Shown piece after piece: positions 22,843 through 37,000 of a stretch of 64,000 bases of DNA. The notes under the pieces were generated by a model that had not been told where the DNA came from, made no database searches, and saw only the letters and a list, made by a program, of their open reading frames with translations. Each line of letters opens with the position of its first letter. Position 1 is the stretch's first letter. The position numbers were made by a program, and so were the translations under genes. This DNA is from Nemertoderma westbladi (taxonomy: Eukaryota; Animalia; Xenacoelomorpha): the NCBI GenBank assembly GCA_032718475.1, contig JAUCBJ010008029.1, positions 1 through 64,000 on the forward strand. Reading direction: 5' to 3'.

Positions 22843-25800
22843 CATACAGACACATGTAGATGCACCCCCAAGTAACTCCATACAGACACAGTATATAGTA
22901 CCCCAAGTAACTCCATACAGACACAGTAGATGTACCCCAGGTAACTCCATACAGACACAGTATATAGTTGTACCCCAGGCTAACTCCATACAGACCAGAC
23001 ACAGGAGATGTACCCCAGGTAACTCCATACAGACACAGGAGATGTACCCCAGGCTAACTCCATACAGACACAGGAGATGTACCCCAGGTAACTCCATACA
23101 GACACAGTATATAGTACCCCAAGTAACTCCATACAGACACAGGAGATGTACCCCAGGTAACTCCATACAGACACAGTATATAGTACCCCAAGTAACTCCA
23201 TACAGACACAGGAGATGTAGCCCAGGTAACGCCATACAGACACAGGATATGTACCCCAGGCTAACTCCATACAGGCACAGGAGATATACCCCAAGTAACT
23301 CCATATAGACACAGTAGATGTACCCCAGGCTAACTCCATACAGACATAGGAGATATACCCTAAGTAACTCCATACAGACACAGGAGATGTACCCCAGGTA
23401 ACTGCATACAGACACAGGAGATGTACCCCAGGCTAACTCCATACAGACACAGTATAAGTACCCAAGGCTAACTCCATACAGACACAGGAGATGTAACCCA
23501 GGTAACTCCATACAGACACATTATATAGTACCCCAGGCTAACTCCATACAGACACAGTAGATGTACCCCAGGTAACTCCATACAGACACAGTAGATGTAC
23601 CCCAGGTAACTCCATACAGACACATGAGATGTACCCCAGGCTAACTCCATACAGACACAGGAGATATACCCCAAGTAACTCCATATAGACACAGTAGATG
23701 TACCCCAGGCTAATTCCATACAGACACAGGAGATATACCCTAAGTAACTCCATACAGACACAGGAGATGTACCCCAGGTAACTGCATACAGACACAGGAG
23801 ATGTACCCCAGGCTAACTCCATACAGACACAGTATAAGTACCCAAGGCTAACTCCATACAGACACAGGAGATGTAACCCAGGTAACTCCATACAGACACA
23901 TTATATAGTACCCCAGGCTAACTCCATACAGACACAGTAGATGTACCCCAGGTAACTCCATACAGACACAGTAGATGTACCCCAGGTAACTCCATACAGA
24001 CACAGGAGATGTACCCCAGGCTAACTCCATACAGACACAGGAGATATACCCCAAGTAACTCCATATAGACACAGTAGATGTACCCCAGGCTAATTCCATA
24101 CAGACACAGGAGATATACCCCAAGTAACTCCATATAGACACAGGAGATGTACCCCAGTTAATTCCATACAGACACAGTAGATGTACCCCAGGTAACTCCA
24201 TACAGACACAGTAGATGTACCACAGGTAACTCCATACAGACACAGTAGATGTACCCCAGGCTAACTCCATACAGACACAGGATATGTACCCCAAGTAACT
24301 CCATACAGACACAGGAGATGTACCCCAGGCTAACTCCATACAGACAGAGGAGATGTACCCCAGGTAACTCCATACAGACACAGTATATAGTACCCCAAGT
24401 AACTCCATACAGACACAGGAGATGTACCCCAGGTAACGCCATACAGACACAGGATATGTACCCCAGGCTAACTCCATACAGGCACAGGAGATATACCCCA
24501 AGTAACTCCATATAGACACAGTAGATGTACCCCAGGCTAACTCCATACAGACATAGGAGATATACCCTAAGTAACTCCATACAGACACAGGAGATGTACC
24601 CCAGGTAACTGCATACAGACACAGGAGATGTACCCCAGGCTAACTCCATACAGGCACAGTATAAGTACCCAAGGCTAACTCCATACAGACACAGGAGATG
24701 TAACCCAGGTAACTCCATACAGACACATTATATAGTACCCCAGGCTAACTCCATACAGACACAGTAGATGTACCCCAGGTAACTCCATACAGACACAGTA
24801 GATGTACCCCAGGTAACTCCATACAGACACAGGAGATGTACCCCAGGCTAACTCCATACAGACACAGGAGATATACCCCAAGTAACTCCATATAGACACA
24901 GTAGATGTACCCCAGGCTAATTCCATACAGACACAGGAGATATACCCTAAGTAACTCCATACAGACACAGGAGATGTACCCCAGGTAACTGCATACAGAC
25001 ACAGGAGATGTACCCCAGGCTAACTCCATACAGACACAGTATAAGTACCCAAGGCTAACTCCATACAGACACAGGAGATGTAACCCAGGTAACTCCATAC
25101 AGACACATTATATAGTACCCCAGGCTAACTCCATACAGACACAGTAGATGTACCCCAGGTAACTCCATACAGACACAGTAGATGTACCCCAGGTAACTCC
25201 ATACAGACACAGGAGATGTACCCCAGGCTAACTCCATACAGACACAGGAGATATACCCCAAGTAACTCCATATAGACACAGGAGATGTACCCCAGGCTAA
25301 CTCCATACAGACACAGGAGATGTACCCCAGGTAACTCCATACAGACACAGGAGATGTACCCCAGGTAACTCCATACAGACACAGCAGATGTACCCCAGGT
25401 AACTCCATACAGACACAGGAGATGTACCCCAGGTAACTCCATACAGACACAGGAGATGTACCCCAGGTAACTCCATACAGATACAGGAGATGTACCCCAG
25501 GTAACTCCATACAGACACAGGAGATGTACCCCAGGTAACTCCATACAGACACAGGAGATGTACCCCAGGCTAACTCCATACAGACACAGGAGATGTACCC
25601 CAAGTAACTCCATACAATCACAGTAGATGTACCCCAGGCTAACTCCATACAGACACAGGAGATGTACCCCAGGTAACTCCATACAGACACAGGAGATGTA
25701 CCCCAGGCTAACACCATACAGACACAAGAGATGTACCCCAGGTAACTCCATACAGACACAGGCGATGTACCCCAAGTAACTCCATACCGACACAGGAGAT

Positions 25801-27096
25801 GTACCCCAGGTAACTCCATACAGACACAGGAGATGTACCCCAGGCTAACTCCATACAGACACAGGAGATGTACCCCAAGTAACTCCATACAATCACAGTA
25901 GATGTACCCCAGGCTAACTCCATACAGACACAGTAGATGTACCCCAAGTAACTCCATAGTCATAGGAGATGTACCCCAAGTAACTCCATACAGACACAGT
26001 AGATGTACCCCTGGTAACTCCATACAGTCATAGGAGATGTACCCCAGGTTAACTCAATAGGCCCTACAGACACAGTATATAGTAGTTAACTCCATACAGA
26101 CACAGTAGATGTACCCCAGGTAACTCCATACAGACACAGTATATAGTTGTACCCCAGGCTAACTCCATACAGACCAGACACAGGAGATGTACCCCAGGTA
26201 ACTCCATACAGACACAGGAGATGTACCCCAGGCTAACTCCATACAGACACAGGAGATGTACCCCAGGTAACTCCATACAGACACAGTATATAGTACCCCA
26301 AGTAACTCCATACAGACACAGGAGATGTACCCCAGGTAACTCCATACAGACACAGTTTATAGTACCCCAAGTAACTCCATACAGACACAGTAGATGTACC
26401 CCAGGTAACTCCATACAGACACAGTATATAGTTGTACCCCAGGCTAACTCCATACAGACCAGACACAGGAGATGTACCCCAGGTAACTCCATACAGACAC
26501 AGGAGATGTACCCCAGGCTAACTCCATATAGACACAGGAGATATACCCCAAGTAACTCCATATAGACACAGTAGATGTACCCCAGGCTAACTCCATACAG
26601 ACACAGGAAATATACCCCAAGTAACTCCATACAGACACAGGAGATGTACCCCAGGTAACTCCACACAGACACAGGAGATGTAACCCAGGTAACTCCATAC
26701 AGACACATTCTATAGTGCCCCAGGCTAACTCCATACAGACACAGTAGATGTACTCCAGGTAACTCCATACAGACACAGTAGATGTACCCCAGGTAACTCC
26801 ATACAGACACAGGAGATGTACCCCAGGCTAACTCCATACAGACACAGGAGATATACCCCAAGTAACTCCATATAGACACAGTAGATGTACCCCAGGCTAA
26901 TTCCATACAGACACAGGAGATATACCCTAAGTAACTCCATACAGACACAGGAGATGTACCCCAGGTAACTGCATACAGACACAGGAGATGTACCCCAGGC
27001 TAACTCCATACAGACACAGTATAAGTACCCAAGGCTAACTCCATACAGACACAGGAGATGTAACCCAGGTAACTCCATACAGACACATTATATAGT
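22843..27096. repeat. 34/35-bp satellite array, left part
   Basis: Monomer gtaactccatacagacacaggagatgtaccccag with gctaac, tagatg and atatac variants. Confidence 0.99.
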
Positions 27097-27098
27097 GT

Positions 27099-27209
27099 CG
27101 TCGTGCAAAACCGGAAAATACTGGTAAGACTGTTCAGTTTGATAGTAAAACTAGGTCAGTGAAAGTCGACGATGTAGTTATTGACACTTTCAATCCGTCT
27201 TTTCTGTAG
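27099..27209 (+). CDS. C-terminal 36 codons of LINE ORF1 (truncated)
   Basis: RRAKPENTGKTVQFDSKTRSVKVDDVVIDTFNPSFL*. Open from the insertion junction to a TAG that overlaps the first ORF2 codon. Confidence 0.6.
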   Translation, partial: RRAKPENTGKTVQFDSKTRSVKVDDVVIDTFNPSFL

Positions 27210-30200
27210 TGCGCCACTTTAACTCTGTAATTAATATATTATCATGGAATGCTGGAAGTTTACGAGAGAAATATTTACTCCCTAATGTATCCAATTTATT
27301 ATTCATGTACGATATTGTTTTTATACAGGAAGTTAAGTCGATTTACCCTTTTACTGTAGCTGGATTTAATTTATTAAGAAGCGTTGACAGTAAGAACGGG
27401 CACTGCGGTGGGGTTGTAGTGCTTCTGAAACCTTGGCTAGTGCAGTATTTGTTTCGTGTTAACATGAGTCATAATATTATCACATTTTCTTTATCTATGT
27501 ATCCCAGTATTATATTTTGTTGTGCCTATATACCTCCCTATAAATCTGAGTATTATGATTTTGCTGTTTGGGCGCACATTCAGTCCCTCGTTCTCCCAAA
27601 AGGGTCATTTAGATTGATTTTGTTAGGCGATGTAAATTCACGTTTGGGTGATTTAATATTTGAATTCCCTTTACTCTACCCCGAACTGTGTGTCCGTCAA
27701 CCTGACGATGTTACTCAGAATGAGAATGGAAAGAGACTTTTTCGTCTTTGTTTAGATTGCTCATTGGTTAATCTAAGCTATTTAAATTTACCCAATGGTA
27801 TATGTCTTGATGGAGACTTAACGTTTAAGCGTGGATCTACTTTTATCTCTGAACTGGACAGAGCAGTGATCAGCATTGATCTGCTGCCTTGTGTCAGAAA
27901 GTTTCAAGTGTATCAAAATGTGTTGCCATCTGACCATGCTGCTATCGGCATTAGCCTGTGTTTACATTATGAATATCCAGTACAGTTGCTACTGAGAAAT
28001 TCTCTATATCTCCAAAACTATGAACATTTCGGCCGGCAGCGCCTGACATTTTCGCCTGTAACCACCCGTAACCTAAATCTGACTCAGTTCTGTGACACTT
28101 TAAAAAATCTTGTCACTGAGCGCACGTTTGAGAATACTGACGCAATGTCACAGTACATTACATCTACACTGTATGATACTGCTAAGCAAACCAAATATCA
28201 TGCCAAGGCCCACCATAATAATACCCCTGTACATGTTCCTCATTCCACAGCAGCATTGTGGACAGCCTTATCTGAGTCCAATGATCCCAAGACCATGTGG
28301 AACCGTATTGGGTGGAAAGGAAGTATCGACTGCACTTCCACGGCTAGTGATAGGCCATCTGATGAAGCCTTTTCCCAGCACTTTGAGTCACTCCTAAGTG
28401 ATGGTTCTGATGTCCTCCCCTTACGCATTACTAGTAATAGACATGAAGGGTTAGACGCAAAAATATCTTTAGATGAGGTAAAAGAGGGACTAGCCCATAT
28501 GAAGAGCAATAAGGCTCCGGGTCCAGACGGTCTGTCTGCTTCCATTCTGAAATCGTTGCCTGTACAGTGGCTCCTGTTAATCGTGACATTATTTAACTGG
28601 GTATTTGATAGTGCTGTCATGCCCACTAGCTGGGGGTTGAGTAGACTTGTTGCAGTTTTCAAGCGTGGAGCAATCGGCGTCTGTTCAAACTACCGTGGAA
28701 TCAGTATTATTAACTCTCTGACAAAACTTTTCGATACGATCATCACTAAGCGGCTGCAGAGTTGGCGGATGCCTAGCCCTGAGCAGGCTGGTGCCTGTAA
28801 GGGTAGAGGTTGTGAAGAACAAATTCTAACAATTAGACTCCTTATTGACTATGTTACTAACAAGAACCGCACTTTATTCCTTCTCTTCGTAGACTTTAAA
28901 ACAGCCTATGACAAAGTTCCAAGAAACCTTCTATTCGAACAACTTCTGTCTATGGGATGCACTAACCGTATTGTAAATGCTATACATGGGTTGTACTCAA
29001 ACGCACGGAGTTTAGTTGGGTCAAAAATTGTTCATTCAACGGTTGGTGTTTTGCAGGGGGCCCCTGGATCGTGTTACCTCTTCACAATGTTTATTGACCC
29101 ATTAGTTAAGGTTCTGAAATCCCTTCCATGGGACGATTTCCTATGCTGGTTACATATTCTACTGTTAATGGATGATTCTATTATTTTAGCTACTACCCGA
29201 GAGAAATGCTTAGAAAAACTTTCAGTACTATTGCAATTCTGCAATGAATCAGGTATGGTCATTAACAGGTCCAAAACAAAATTTATGGCAATAGGAAATG
29301 TTACTGCCACTGACCGTCATCCCTTAATTGCCTATGGACTGGGCTATTCTGAAAATCCAATGATAGTCGACAACACTGATACCTACATTTACTTGGGTTC
29401 CCCTATAACTCAATGTGGGGGCGTTGATGCAGCAGTTTCCTTCCATATAGCAGAAAAGCAGAAACATATTTCTAAATTCCATGGTTTTCTTAGCAAGCAT
29501 GCCAGCAGTCCATTGTGGTTGAAACTCAAAGTCTTTCATGCATGTTTGCTTTCAGCAACCATGTACAGTTGTGAAACATGGATTGGCGCCAACCTTTCAT
29601 CTGCCTGCAGAACCTACAATGAAATGTTAACAGCCACACTTGGTGTACGTCCGCGCACCAGTCGAGATTTACTTTACATTGAATCAGGTCTCCCCCCTCC
29701 AGCTACCTATGTTTACCAACGCCAGTATGATTTTATATGTCGTATGCTTGAGGACAGAGACCTCCACAGCCCGTTATTTTTAGTGCTCGATATGTGCTTA
29801 CAAGAACAAACTCCAATGGCCAGGCAGATTGAGCGGCTGTTAGGAAAAGGTCCCGACTTTGCTGGTACCGCCAGGGCTGAGATTATGGATAAGATCCGTC
29901 TCTCCACCTCCACCCGGATCACATTCTATAGAGATTGCAATCCAAGCCTCCATCTGCATGAAGTTTATTGCAAGCAGAGATATTTCAACGAACATCACAG
30001 AATCGCCTGGACAAGACTACGCTTGACCTCTACGAGTCTACCAGTAGAAAAGGCTAGGTGGCGTGGTCAGGCTAAAGACACCCGTTTCTGCCAATGTGGA
30101 GATCTGCAGTCAGAATCCCATTATATCACGACTTGCCCATTAGTGCCCCGCCTTCCAGAACTCGATTACTCAAGTACCACAGCCTTTATGTGCAACACAG

Positions 30201-30259
30201 ACCAGCGGCTTGTAATGAAATCTGTTTCTGAGATTGTTTCAGTTGCGGAATCCTTATGA
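27209..30259 (+). CDS. LINE ORF2: apurinic endonuclease, reverse transcriptase and C-terminal Cys/His motif, 1016 aa, uninterrupted
   Basis: APE motifs SWNAGSL, DIVFIQE, LGDVNSR, SELD, SDH. RT motifs KAPGPDG, NYRGISI, FVDFKTAYDKV, GVLQG, LLMDD, YIYLGS. Terminal CQC..ESHYITTC. Confidence 0.96.
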   Translation: MRHFNSVINILSWNAGSLREKYLLPNVSNLLFMYDIVFIQEVKSIYPFTVAGFNLLRSVDSKNGHCGGVVVLLKPWLVQYLFRVNMSHNIITFSLSMYPSIIFCCAYIPPYKSEYYDFAVWAHIQSLVLPKGSFRLILLGDVNSRLGDLIFEFPLLYPELCVRQPDDVTQNENGKRLFRLCLDCSLVNLSYLNLPNGICLDGDLTFKRGSTFISELDRAVISIDLLPCVRKFQVYQNVLPSDHAAIGISLCLHYEYPVQLLLRNSLYLQNYEHFGRQRLTFSPVTTRNLNLTQFCDTLKNLVTERTFENTDAMSQYITSTLYDTAKQTKYHAKAHHNNTPVHVPHSTAALWTALSESNDPKTMWNRIGWKGSIDCTSTASDRPSDEAFSQHFESLLSDGSDVLPLRITSNRHEGLDAKISLDEVKEGLAHMKSNKAPGPDGLSASILKSLPVQWLLLIVTLFNWVFDSAVMPTSWGLSRLVAVFKRGAIGVCSNYRGISIINSLTKLFDTIITKRLQSWRMPSPEQAGACKGRGCEEQILTIRLLIDYVTNKNRTLFLLFVDFKTAYDKVPRNLLFEQLLSMGCTNRIVNAIHGLYSNARSLVGSKIVHSTVGVLQGAPGSCYLFTMFIDPLVKVLKSLPWDDFLCWLHILLLMDDSIILATTREKCLEKLSVLLQFCNESGMVINRSKTKFMAIGNVTATDRHPLIAYGLGYSENPMIVDNTDTYIYLGSPITQCGGVDAAVSFHIAEKQKHISKFHGFLSKHASSPLWLKLKVFHACLLSATMYSCETWIGANLSSACRTYNEMLTATLGVRPRTSRDLLYIESGLPPPATYVYQRQYDFICRMLEDRDLHSPLFLVLDMCLQEQTPMARQIERLLGKGPDFAGTARAEIMDKIRLSTSTRITFYRDCNPSLHLHEVYCKQRYFNEHHRIAWTRLRLTSTSLPVEKARWRGQAKDTRFCQCGDLQSESHYITTCPLVPRLPELDYSSTTAFMCNTDQRLVMKSVSEIVSVAESL

Positions 30260-31089
30260 ACTCGATATTGCTCTAGATTGTATAGATGATGTATAATCAG
30301 TTTCTCTTGTGTTCTTATTGTATATGTCTCACTTGTATTCATGTATTTGATTCACTTGCCTCTGATCGAAAGTAGTATTGCATATGTTGTCTTGTATTGT
30401 ATTACTTGGTTATACTAATGTTTAGTAGATTGCCTCGGATTGTTACTTGTTGTATTGCATATGTTGTTTTGTATCGTATTACTTGTTTATACTAAAAGTT
30501 TAAGGGATTTGCCCCAGAGAATATCACTTAAATTGTTGTATTGCATCTTTCGTTTTGTATCGTACTTGTTTATGCTAATGTTTGTAGTGGAACTCCACTT
30601 AGTTTTGTTTCATAATACCTGTTTATGTACATTATACTAATGTTTTAGTAGATTGCCTCAGATTATATTACTTTGTTTTACGTTGTGTACAGATTATGTT
30701 GTATTGCATCAGGATCGCTTGTTTCTCGTTTTGTTGTGTCATACCAACAGTATGTCTAGATCTAGGTCGTGTTCGTTGCTCAGTGTACGATTAATTTATG
30801 TTGTTCAGTTTTATAACAAGTTTATGTTTCTTTCACACTATTTGTATTGTAGGACATTTGAGTATAGTGGCGCTTATCATTAGGTAACTGAATTTAATAA
30901 TGTCGATAATAATATATATATATGTACTGGCTGTCTATTGTTGATATTAATATGTAGGTTGATGTAGTGTAGGCCTACTGTACAACTGCTGTAATGCATA
31001 TTTAGACCTGTACTGTACTTGCAGAATTGTAGTGAATTTCCCACTCCAAATTATTAGTTTTTATGGATTAATTAATAATATTTGAATAA

Positions 31090-34000
31090 ATAGTACCCCA
31101 GGCTAACTCCATACAGACACAGTAGATGTACCCCAGGTAACTCCATACAGACACAGTAGATGTACCCCAGGTAACTCCATACAGACACAGGAGATGTACC
31201 CCAGGCTAACTCCATAGAGACACAGGAGATATACCCCAAGTAACTCCATATAGACACAGTAGATGTACCCCAGGCTAATTCCATACAGACACAGGAGATA
31301 TACCCCAAGTAACTCCATATAGACACAGGAGATGTACCCCAGTTAATTCCATACAGACACAGTAGATGTACCCCAGGTAACTCCATACAGACACAGTAGA
31401 TGTACCACAGGTAACTCCATACAGACACAGTAGATGTACCCCAGGCTAACTCCATACAGACACAGGATATGTACCCCAAGTAACTCCATACAGACACAGG
31501 AGATGTACCCCAGGCTAACTCCATACAGACAGAGGAGATGTACCCCAGGTAACTCCATACAGACACAGTATATAGTACCCCAAGTAACTCCATACAGACA
31601 CAGGAGATGTACCCCAGGTAACGCCATACAGACACAGGATATGTACCCCAGGCTAACTCCATACAGGCACAGGAGATATACCTCAAGTAACTCCATATAG
31701 ACACAGTAGATGTACCCCAGGCTAACTCCATACAGACATAGGAGATATACCCTAAGTAACTCCATACAGACACAGGAGATGTACCCCAGGTAACTGCATA
31801 CAGACACAGGAGATGTACCCCAGGCTAACTCCATACAGACACAGTATAAGTACCCAAGGCTAACTCCATACAGACACAGGAGATGTAACCCAGGTAACTC
31901 CATACAGACACATTATATAGTACCCCAGGCTAACTCCATACAGACACAGTAGATGTACCCCAGGTAACTCCATACAGCCACAGTAGATGTACCCCAGGTA
32001 ACTCTATACAGACACAGGAGATGTACCCCAGACTAACTCCATACAGACACAGGAGATATACCCCAAGTAACTCCATATAGACACAGTAGATGTACCCCAG
32101 GCTAATTCCATACAGACACAGGAGATATACCCTAAGTAACTCCATACAGACACAGGAGATGTACCCCAGGTAACTGCATACAGACACAGGAGATGTACCC
32201 CAGGCTAACTCCATACAGACACAGTATAAGTACCCAAGGCTAACTCCATACAGACACAGGAGATGTAACCCAGGTAACTCCATACAGACACATTATATAG
32301 TACCCCAGGCTAACTCCATACAGACACAGTAGATGTACCCCAGGTAACTCCATACAGACACAGTAGATGTACCCCAGGTAACTCCATACAGACACAGGAG
32401 ATGTACCCCAGGCTAACTCCATACAGACACAGGAGATATACCCCAAGTAACTCCATATAGACACAGGAGATGTACCCCAGGCTAACCCCATACAGACACA
32501 GGAGATGTACCCCAGGTAACTCCATACAGACACAGGAGATGTACCCCAGGTAACTCCATACAGACACAGCAGATGTACCCCAGGTAACTCCATACAGACA
32601 CAGGAGATGTACCCCAGGTAACTCCATACAGACACAGGAGATGTACCCCAGGTAACTCCATACAGATACAGGAGATGTACCCCAGGCTAACTCCATACAG
32701 ACACAGGAGATATACCCCAAGTAACTCCATATAGACACAGTAGATGTACCCCAGGCTAATTCCATACAGACACAGGAGATATACCCTAAGTAACTCCATA
32801 CAGACACAGGAGATGTACCCCAGGTAACTGCATACAGACACAGGAGATGTACCCCAGGCTAACTCCATACAGACACAGTATAAGTACCCAAGGCTAACTC
32901 CATACAGACACAGGAGATGTAACCCAGGTAACTCCATACAGACACATTATATAGTACCCCAGGCTAACTCCATACAGACACAGTAGATGTACCCCAGGTA
33001 ACTCCATACAGACACAGTAGATGTACCCCAGGTAACTCCATACAGACACAGGAGATGTACCCCAGGCTAACTCCATACAGACACAGGAGATATACCCCAA
33101 GTAACTCCATATAGACACAGTAGATGTACCCCAGGCTAATTCCATACAGACACAGGAGATATACCCCAAGTAACTCCATATAGACACAGGAGATGTACCC
33201 CAGTTAATTCCATACAGACACAGTAGATGTACCCCAGGTAACTCCATACATACACAGTAGATGTACCACAGGTAACTCCATACAGACACAGTAGATGTAC
33301 CCCAGGCTAACTCCATACAGACACAGGATATGTACCCCAAGTAACTCCATACAGACACAGGAGATGTACCCCAGGCTAACTCCATACAGACAGAGGAGAT
33401 GTACCCCAGGTAACTCCATACAGACACAGTATATAGTACCCCAAGTAACTCCATACAGACACAGGAGATGTACCCCAGGTAACGCCATACAGACACAGGA
33501 TATGTACCCCAGGCTAACTCCATACAGGCACAGGAGATATACCCCAAGTAACTCCATATAGACACAGTAGATGTACCCCAGGCTAACTCCATACAGACAT
33601 AGGAGATATACCCTAAGTAACTCCATACAGACACAGGAGATGTACCCCAGGTAACTGCATACAGACACAGGAGATGTACCCCAGGCTAACTCCATACAGA
33701 CACAGTATAAGTACCCAAGGCTAACTCCATACAGACACAGGAGATGTAGCCCAGGTAACTCCATACAGACACATTATATAGTACCCCAGGCTAACTCCAT
33801 ACAGACACAGTAGATGTACCCCAGGTAACTCCATACAGACACAGTAGATGTACCCCAGGTAACTCCATACAGACACAGGAGATGTACCCCAGGCTAACTC
33901 CATACAGACACAGGAGATATACCCCAAGTAACTCCATATAGACACAGTAGATGTACCCCAGGCTAATTCCATACAGACACAGGAGATATACCCTAAGTAA

Positions 34001-37000
34001 CTCCATACAGACACAGGAGATGTACCCCAGGTAACTGCATACAGACACAGGAGATGTACCCCAGGCTAACTCCATACAGACACAGTATAAGTACCCAAGG
34101 CTAACTCCATACAGACACAGGAGATGTAACCCAGGTAACTCCATACAGACACATTATATAGTACCCCAGGCTAACTCCATACAGACACAGTAGATGTACC
34201 CCAGGTAACTCCATACAGACACAGTAGATGTACCCCAGGTAACTCCATACAGACACAGGAGATGTACCCCAGGCTAACTCCATACAGACACAGGAGATAT
34301 ACCCCAAGTAACTCCATATAGACACAGGAGATGTACCCCAGGCTAACTCCATACAGACACAGGAGATGTACCCCAGGTAACTCCATACAGACACAGGAGA
34401 TGTACCCCAGGTAACTCCATACAGACACAGCAGATGTACCCCAGGTAACTCCATACAGACACAGGAGATGTACCCCAGGTAACTCCATACAGACACAGGA
34501 GATGTACCCCAGGTAACTCCATACAGATACAGGAGATGTACCCCAGGTAACTCCATACAGACACAGGAGATGTACCCCAGGTAACTCCATACAGACACAT
34601 GAGATGTACCCCAGGCTAACTCCATACAGACACAGGAGATGTACCCCAAGTAACTCCATACAATCACAGTAGATGTACCCCAGGCTAACTCCATACAGAC
34701 ACAGGAGATGTACCCCAGGTAACTCCATACAGACACAGGAGATGTACCCCAGGCTAACACCATACAGACACAAGAGATGTACCCCAGGTAACTCCATACA
34801 GACACAGGCGATGTACCCCAAGTAACTCCATACCGACACAGGAGATGTACCCCAGGTAACTCCATACAGACACAGGAGATGTACCCCAGGCTAACTCCAT
34901 ACAGTCACAGGAGATGTACCCCAAGTAACTCCATACAATCACAGTAGATGTACCCCAGGCTAACTCCATACAGACACAGTAGATGTACCCCAAGTAACTC
35001 CGTAGTCATAGGAGATGCACCCCAAGTAACTCCATACAGACACAGTAGATGTACCCCTGGTAACTCCATACAGTCATAGGGGATGTACCCCAGGTTAACT
35101 CAATAGGCCCTACAGACACAGTATATAGTAGTTAACTCCATACAGACACAGTAGATGTACCCCAGGTAACTCCATACAGACACAGTATATAGTTGTACCC
35201 CAGGCTAACTCCATACAGACCAGACACAGGAGATGTACCCCAGGTAACTCCATACAGACACAGGAGATGTACCCCAGGCTAACTCCATACAGACACAGGA
35301 GATGTACCCCAGGTAACTCCATACAGACACAGTATATAGTACCCCAAGTAACTCCATACAGACACAGGAGATGTACCCCAGGTAACTCCATACAGACACA
35401 GTTTATAGTACCCCAAGTAACTCCATACAGACACAGTAGATGTACCCCAGGCTAACTCCATACAGACATAGGAGATATACCCTAAGTAACTCCATACAGA
35501 CACAGGAGATGTACCCCAGGTAACTGCATACAGACACAGGAGATGTACCCCAGGCTAACTCCATACAGACACAGTATAAGTACCCAAGGCTAACTCCATA
35601 CAGACACAGGAGATGTAGCCCAGGTAACTCCATACAGACACATTATATAGTACCCCAGGCTAACTCCATACAGACACAGTAGATGTACCCCAGGTAACTC
35701 CATACAGACACAGTAGATGTACCCCAGGTAACTCCATACAGACACAGGAGATGTACCCCAGGCTAACTCCATACAGACACAGGAGATATACCCCAAGTAA
35801 CTCCATATAGACACAGTAGATGTACCCCAGGCTAATTCCATACAGACACAGGAGATATACCCTAAGTAACTCCATACAGACACAGGAGATGTACCCCAGG
35901 TAACTGCATACAGACACAGGAGATGTACCCCAGGCTAACTCCATACAGACACAGTATAAGTACCCAAGGCTAACTCCATACAGACACAGGAGATGTAACC
36001 CAGGTAACTCCATACAGACACATTATATAGTACCCCAGGCTAACTCCATACAGACACAGTAGATGTACCCCAGGTAACTCCATACAGACACAGTAGATGT
36101 ACCCCAGGTAACTCCATACAGACACAGGAGATGTACCCCAGGCTAACTCCATACAGACACAGGAGATATACCCCAAGTAACTCCATATAGACACAGGAGA
36201 TGTACCCCAGGCTAACTCCATACAGACACAGGAGATGTACCCCAGGTAACTCCATACAGACACAGGAGATGTACCCCAGGTAACTCCATACAGACACAGC
36301 AGATGTACCCCAGGTAACTCCATACAGACACAGGAGATGTACCCCAGGTAACTCCATACAGACACAGGAGATGTACCCCAGGTAACTCCATACAGATACA
36401 GGAGATGTACCCCAGGTAACTCCATACAGACACAGGAGATGTACCCCAGGTAACTCCATACAGACACATGAGATGTACCCCAGGCTAACTCCATACAGAC
36501 ACAGGAGATGTACCCCAAGTAACTCCATACAATCACAGTAGATGTACCCCAGGCTAACTCCATACAGACACAGGAGATGTACCCCAGGTAACTCCATACA
36601 GACACAGGAGATGTACCCCAGGCTAACACCATACAGACACAAGAGATGTACCCCAGGTAACTCCATACAGACACAGGCGATGTACCCCAAGTAACTCCAT
36701 ACCGACACAGGAGATGTACCCCAGGTAACTCCATACAGACACAGGAGATGTACCCCAGGCTAACTCCATACAGACACAGGAGATGTACCCCAAGTAACTC
36801 CATACAATCACAGTAGATGTACCCCAGGCTAACTCCATACAGACACAGTAGATGTACCCCAAGTAACTCCGTAGTCATAGGAGATGCACCCCAAGTAACT
36901 CCATACAGACACAGTAGATGTACCCCTGGTAACTCCATACAGTCATAGGGGATGTACCCCAGGTTAACTCAATAGGCCCTACAGACACAGTATATAGTAG

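Larger units (their letters stand above)
27097..31089 (+). mobile_element. 5'-truncated non-LTR retrotransposon (APE-RT), possibly Proto2-like, inserted in the satellite
   Basis: ORF1 tail, intact ORF2 and an approximately 830-bp 3' UTR ending aataaa. Flanked by duplicated satellite bases atagt (27092-27096 and 31090-31094). The clade is a tentative recollection based on the LMDD motif. Confidence 0.93.

Noticed and set aside
22598-22859. ORFs on both strands just after the TSC1 stop (possible convergent last exon)
   Set aside because: No recognisable motif and no upstream exons could be linked.
22860-27090. cag|gtaac donor-like motif in most satellite monomers as an array of U1 sites
   Set aside because: It lies downstream of the likely poly(A) signal with no evidence of transcription; a chance match is plausible.
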